This document shows positions 60,214 to 64,000 of a DNA stretch of 64,000 bases, in pieces. The DNA lies in assembly GCF_009914755.1 (NCBI RefSeq), contig NC_060926.1, one strand, 5' to 3'. The translations under genes were made by a program, and so were the position numbers. The notes beneath the pieces were generated by a model, which saw only the letters and a program-made list of their open reading frames with translations, made no database searches and was not told where the DNA came from. The first letter of the stretch is position 1. Every line of letters begins with the position of its first letter. Origin of the DNA: the human T2T-CHM13v2.0 reference genome, Homo sapiens.

Positions 60214-63200
60214 TCAGCCAAGCCAGCTAGCCAGCTAGCCAGCCAAGTCAGCCAAGCCAGCTAGCCAGCCAAGTCAGCCAAGCCAGCTAGCCAGCTAGCC
60301 AGCCAAGTCAGCCAAGCCAGCTAGCCAGCCAAGCCAGCCAGCCAGCCAAGCCAGCGAAGACACCCAGCCAGCCAAGCAAGCCAAGCCACCCAGCCAGCCA
60401 AGCCAGGCAAACAACCCAGCCAGCCAAGCCAGTCAAGCCAGCCAGCCAGCCAAGCCAGCCAAGCCACCCAGCCAGCCAAGCTGGCCAAGCCACTCAGTCA
60501 GCCAAGCCAGCCAGCCAGCCAAGCCGGCCAAGCCACTCAGCCAGCCAAGATGGCCAAGCCACCCAGTCAAGCCAGCTAAGCCAGCCAGGCAGCCAAGCCA
60601 GCGAAGACACCCAGCCAGCCAAGCAAGCCAAGCCACCCAGCCAGCCAAGCCTGCCAAGAGACCCAGCAACCCAAGCCAGCCAAGACACCCAGCCAGCCAA
60701 GCTAGCCAAGACACCCAGCCAGCGAAGCCAGCCAGCCAGCCAGCCAGCCAAGCCTGCCAAGCCACCCAGCCAGCCAAGCCAGGCAAACAACCCAGCCAGC
60801 CAAGCCAGTCAAGCCAGCCAGCCAGCCAAGCCGGCCAAGCCACCCAGCCAGCCAAGCTGGCCAAGCCACTCAGCCAGCCAAGCCAGCCAGCCAGCCAAAC
60901 CGGCCAAGCCACTCAGCCAGCCAAGATGGCCAAGCCACCCAGTCAAGCCAGCTAAGCCAGCCAGACAGCCAAGCCAGCCAAGCCAGCCAAGACCTCTAGC
61001 CAGCCAAGAAAGGCATGCCAGCCAAGCCAGCCAACCAGCCAGACAGCCCAGCCAGACAGCCAGCCCAGGCAGCCAAGAGACCCAAGCCAGCCAGCGAAGC
61101 TGGCCAACCCAGCCAAGCCAGTCAGCCAAGCCAGCCAAGCCGGCCACCCAGCCAAGCCAGCCAAGCCAGCCAACCAGCCAGACAGCACAGCCAGACAGCC
61201 AGCCCAAGCAGCCAAACCAGACAAGCCAGCCAGCCAAGCCAGCCAAGCCAGCCAAGCCAGCCAGCCAGCCAAGACAGCCAAGCCAGTCAAGCCAGGCAAG
61301 CCAGCGAGCCAGCCAAGCCAGTCAACCCAGCCAGCCAAGCCAGCCAAGGCAGCCAGCCAGCCAAGCCGGCCAAGCCAGACAGCCAAGCAAGCCATGGAAG
61401 CCAGACAGCCAGCCAGCCAAGCCAGTCAAGCCAGCCAGCCAGCCAAACCAGCCAAGCCAGCCAACCCAGCCAGCCAAGCCAGCCAAGCCAGCCAAGCCAG
61501 TCAGCCAGAAAAGCCAGCCAAGCCTGCCAGCCAGTCAAGCCAGCCAAGCCAGCCAGCCAGCCAAGCCAGCGAAGACACCCAGCCAGCCAAGCAAGCCAAG
61601 CCACCCAGCCAGCCAAGCAGCCTGCCAAGAGACCCAGCAACCCAAGCCAGCCAAGACACCCAGCCAGCCAAGCTAGCCAAGACACCCAGCCAGCGAAGCC
61701 AGCCAGCCAGCCAGCCAGCCAAGCCTGCCAAGCCACCCAGCCAGCCAAGCCAGGCAAACAACCCAGCCAGCCAAGCCAGCCAAGCCAGCCAAGCCAGCCA
61801 GCCACCCAGCCAGCCAAGCCAGCCAAGCCTCCCAGCCAGCCAAGCCAGCCAAGCCACCCAGCCAGCCAAGACAGCCAAGCCACACAGCCAGCCAAGCTGG
61901 CCAAGCCACTCAGCCAGCCAAGCCAGCCAGCCAGCCAAGCCGGCCAAGCCACTCAGCCAGCAGCCAAGCTGCCCAAGCCACTCAGCCAGCCAAGCCAGCC
62001 AGCCAGCCAAGCCGGCCAAGCCACTCAGCCAGCCAAGATGGCCAAGCCACCCAGTCAAGCCAGCCAAGCCAGCAAGCCAGCCAAGCCAGGCATGCCAGCC
62101 AAGCCATCCAGCCAGCTAAGCCAGCCGGCTAGCCAAGCCAGCCAAGCCACCCGGCCAGCCAAGCCAGCCAGCCAAGCCAGCCAAGCCAGCCAACCAGTCA
62201 AGCCAGTCAGCTAGCCAAGCCAGCCAAGCCACCCGGCCAGCCAAGCCAGCCAGCCAACCCAGCCAAACCAGCCAACCAGCCAAGACAGTCAGCTAGCCAA
62301 GCCAGCCAACCAGCCAGCCAGTCAAGCCGGCCAGCCTGCCAGCCAACCAAGCCGGCCAGACAGCCAAGGCAGCCAAGCCAGCCAAGCCACCGACCCAGCC
62401 AAGCCACCCAGCAAGCCAAGACAGCCAAGCCAGCCAAACCAGCCTGCCAGCCAAGCCAGCCAAGACATCCAGCCTGCCAAGCCAGCTGGCCAGCCAAGCT
62501 AGCCAATCCACTCACCCACTCAAGCCAGCCAAGTCACCCGGCCAGCCAAGCCAGCCAAGCCAGCCAGCCAGCCCAGACAGCCAAGCCAGCCAGCCCAGAC
62601 AGCCAAGCCAGCCAGCCAGCCAAGCCAGCCGAGCCAGCCAAGCCACACAGCCAGCCAAGCCACCCAGCCAGCCAAGACAGCCAGCAAGCCAGCCAGACAG
62701 CCAAGCCAGCCAGCCACCCAGCCAGCCAGGCCGGCCAGCCACCCAGCCAGCCAGGCCAGCCAGCCATCCAGCCAGCCAGGTCAGCCTGCCACCCAGCCAG
62801 CCAAGACAGACAAGCCAGCCAAGCCAGCCAGCCACCCAGCCAGCCAGGCCAGCCAGCCACGCAGTCAGCCCAGACAGCCAAGTCAGCCAGCCAGCCAAGG
62901 CAGCCAAGCCAGCCAACCAAACAAGAGAGCCAGCCAACCAAGCCAGCCAAGCCAGCCAGCTAGCCAAGCCACCCAGCCAGCCAGCCAGCCAAACCAGCCA
63001 AGCCACCCAGCCAGCCAAGCCAGCCAAGCCAATCAGCCAGCCAGGCAGACAGCCACCCAAGCCAGCCAAGCCAGCCAAGCCATCCAAGTCAGCCAGCCAG
63101 CCAGCCAGCCAAGCCAGCCAAGCCTCCCAGCCAGCCAAGCCAGCCAAGCCACCAAGCCAGCCAAGCCAGCCAAGCCACCTAGCCAGCCAGGCCCGCCAGC

Positions 63201-64000
63201 CAGCCAGCCAGCTAGCCAAGCCAGCCAAGCCAGCCACCCTGCCAAGCCAGCCGGCCAGCCAAGCTAGGCAATCCACTCAGCCACTCAAGCCAGCCAAGTC
63301 ACCCGACCATCCAAGCCAGCCAAGCCAGTCAGCCAGCCCAGACAGCCAAGCCAGCCAAGCCAGCCAAGCCAGCCAAGCCCGCCAACCAGCCAAGACAGGC
63401 ATGCTAGCCAAGCCAGCCAGGCAGCCAAGCCAGCCAGGCAGCCAAGCCAGCCAAGCCAGCCAGCAAGCAAAGCCAGGCATGTCAGCCAAGCCAGCCAGGC
63501 AGCCAAGCCAGCCAAGCCAGCCAGCCAGCCAAGCCAGGCATGCCAGCCAAGCCATCCAGCCAACTAAGCCAGCCGGCTAGCCAAGCCAGCCAAGCCACCC
63601 AGCCAGCCAAGCCAGCCAGCCAAGCCAGCCAAGCCAGACAAGCCAGCCAACCAGCCAAGCCAGCCAGCTAGCCAAGCTACCTAGCCAGCCAGCCAGCCAA
63701 ACCAGCCAAGCCACCCAGCCAGCCAAGCCACCCAGCCAGCCAAGCCAGCCAAGCCAATCAGCCAGCCAGGCAGCCAGCCACCCAAGCCAGCCAAGCCAGC
63801 CAAGCCAGCCAAGCCAGCCAGCCACCCAGCCAGCCAAGCCAGCCAAGCCTCCCAGCCAGCCAAGCCAGCCAAGCCACCCAGCCAGCCAAGCCAGCCAAGC
63901 CACCCGGCCATCCAAGCCAGCCAAGCCAGTCAGCCAGCCCAGACAGCCAAGCCAGCCAAGCCAGCCAAGCCTGCCAACCAGCCAAGAAAGGCATGCTAGC
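60214..64000. repeat. Distal, more diverged GCCA/GCCAA satellite without Alu blocks
   Basis: The unit pattern breaks at 60213/60214 (ccaag|tcagcc instead of ccaag|cgaggcgtcc). Shares landmarks with the proximal flank at ~14000-17100. Confidence 0.85.

Overview
Primate (human-like) non-coding, repeat-dominated DNA. I find no credible protein-coding gene; the long ORFs come from Alu, L1 or satellite sequence. Bases 1-13357 are a mosaic: an ERVL gag/pro relic, minus-strand Alus (one nested), nested L1 3' ends, TG- and AT-rich tracts, and many small local duplications (5x ~158-bp L1 piece, 2x ~200 bp, a ~340-bp inverted repeat, ~5x ~240-bp AT-rich unit, a ~26-bp minisatellite). From 13358 to the end is a strand-asymmetric GCCA/GCCAA (GCCAGCCAA) satellite. 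Inside it lies a composite macrosatellite of ~6.9-kb near-identical units (periods 7036, 6934, 6890, 6904, 6755 bp). Each unit is a ~2.78-kb head-to-tail array of ten 5'-truncated AluJ-like monomers, with one nested full-length AluS, plus ~4.13 kb of satellite. The most notable observations: the Alu monomers share private variants, so they arose by tandem amplification of one Alu into a higher-order repeat, and the two ends of the Alu block are nearly contiguous halves of one monomer (circular permutation).
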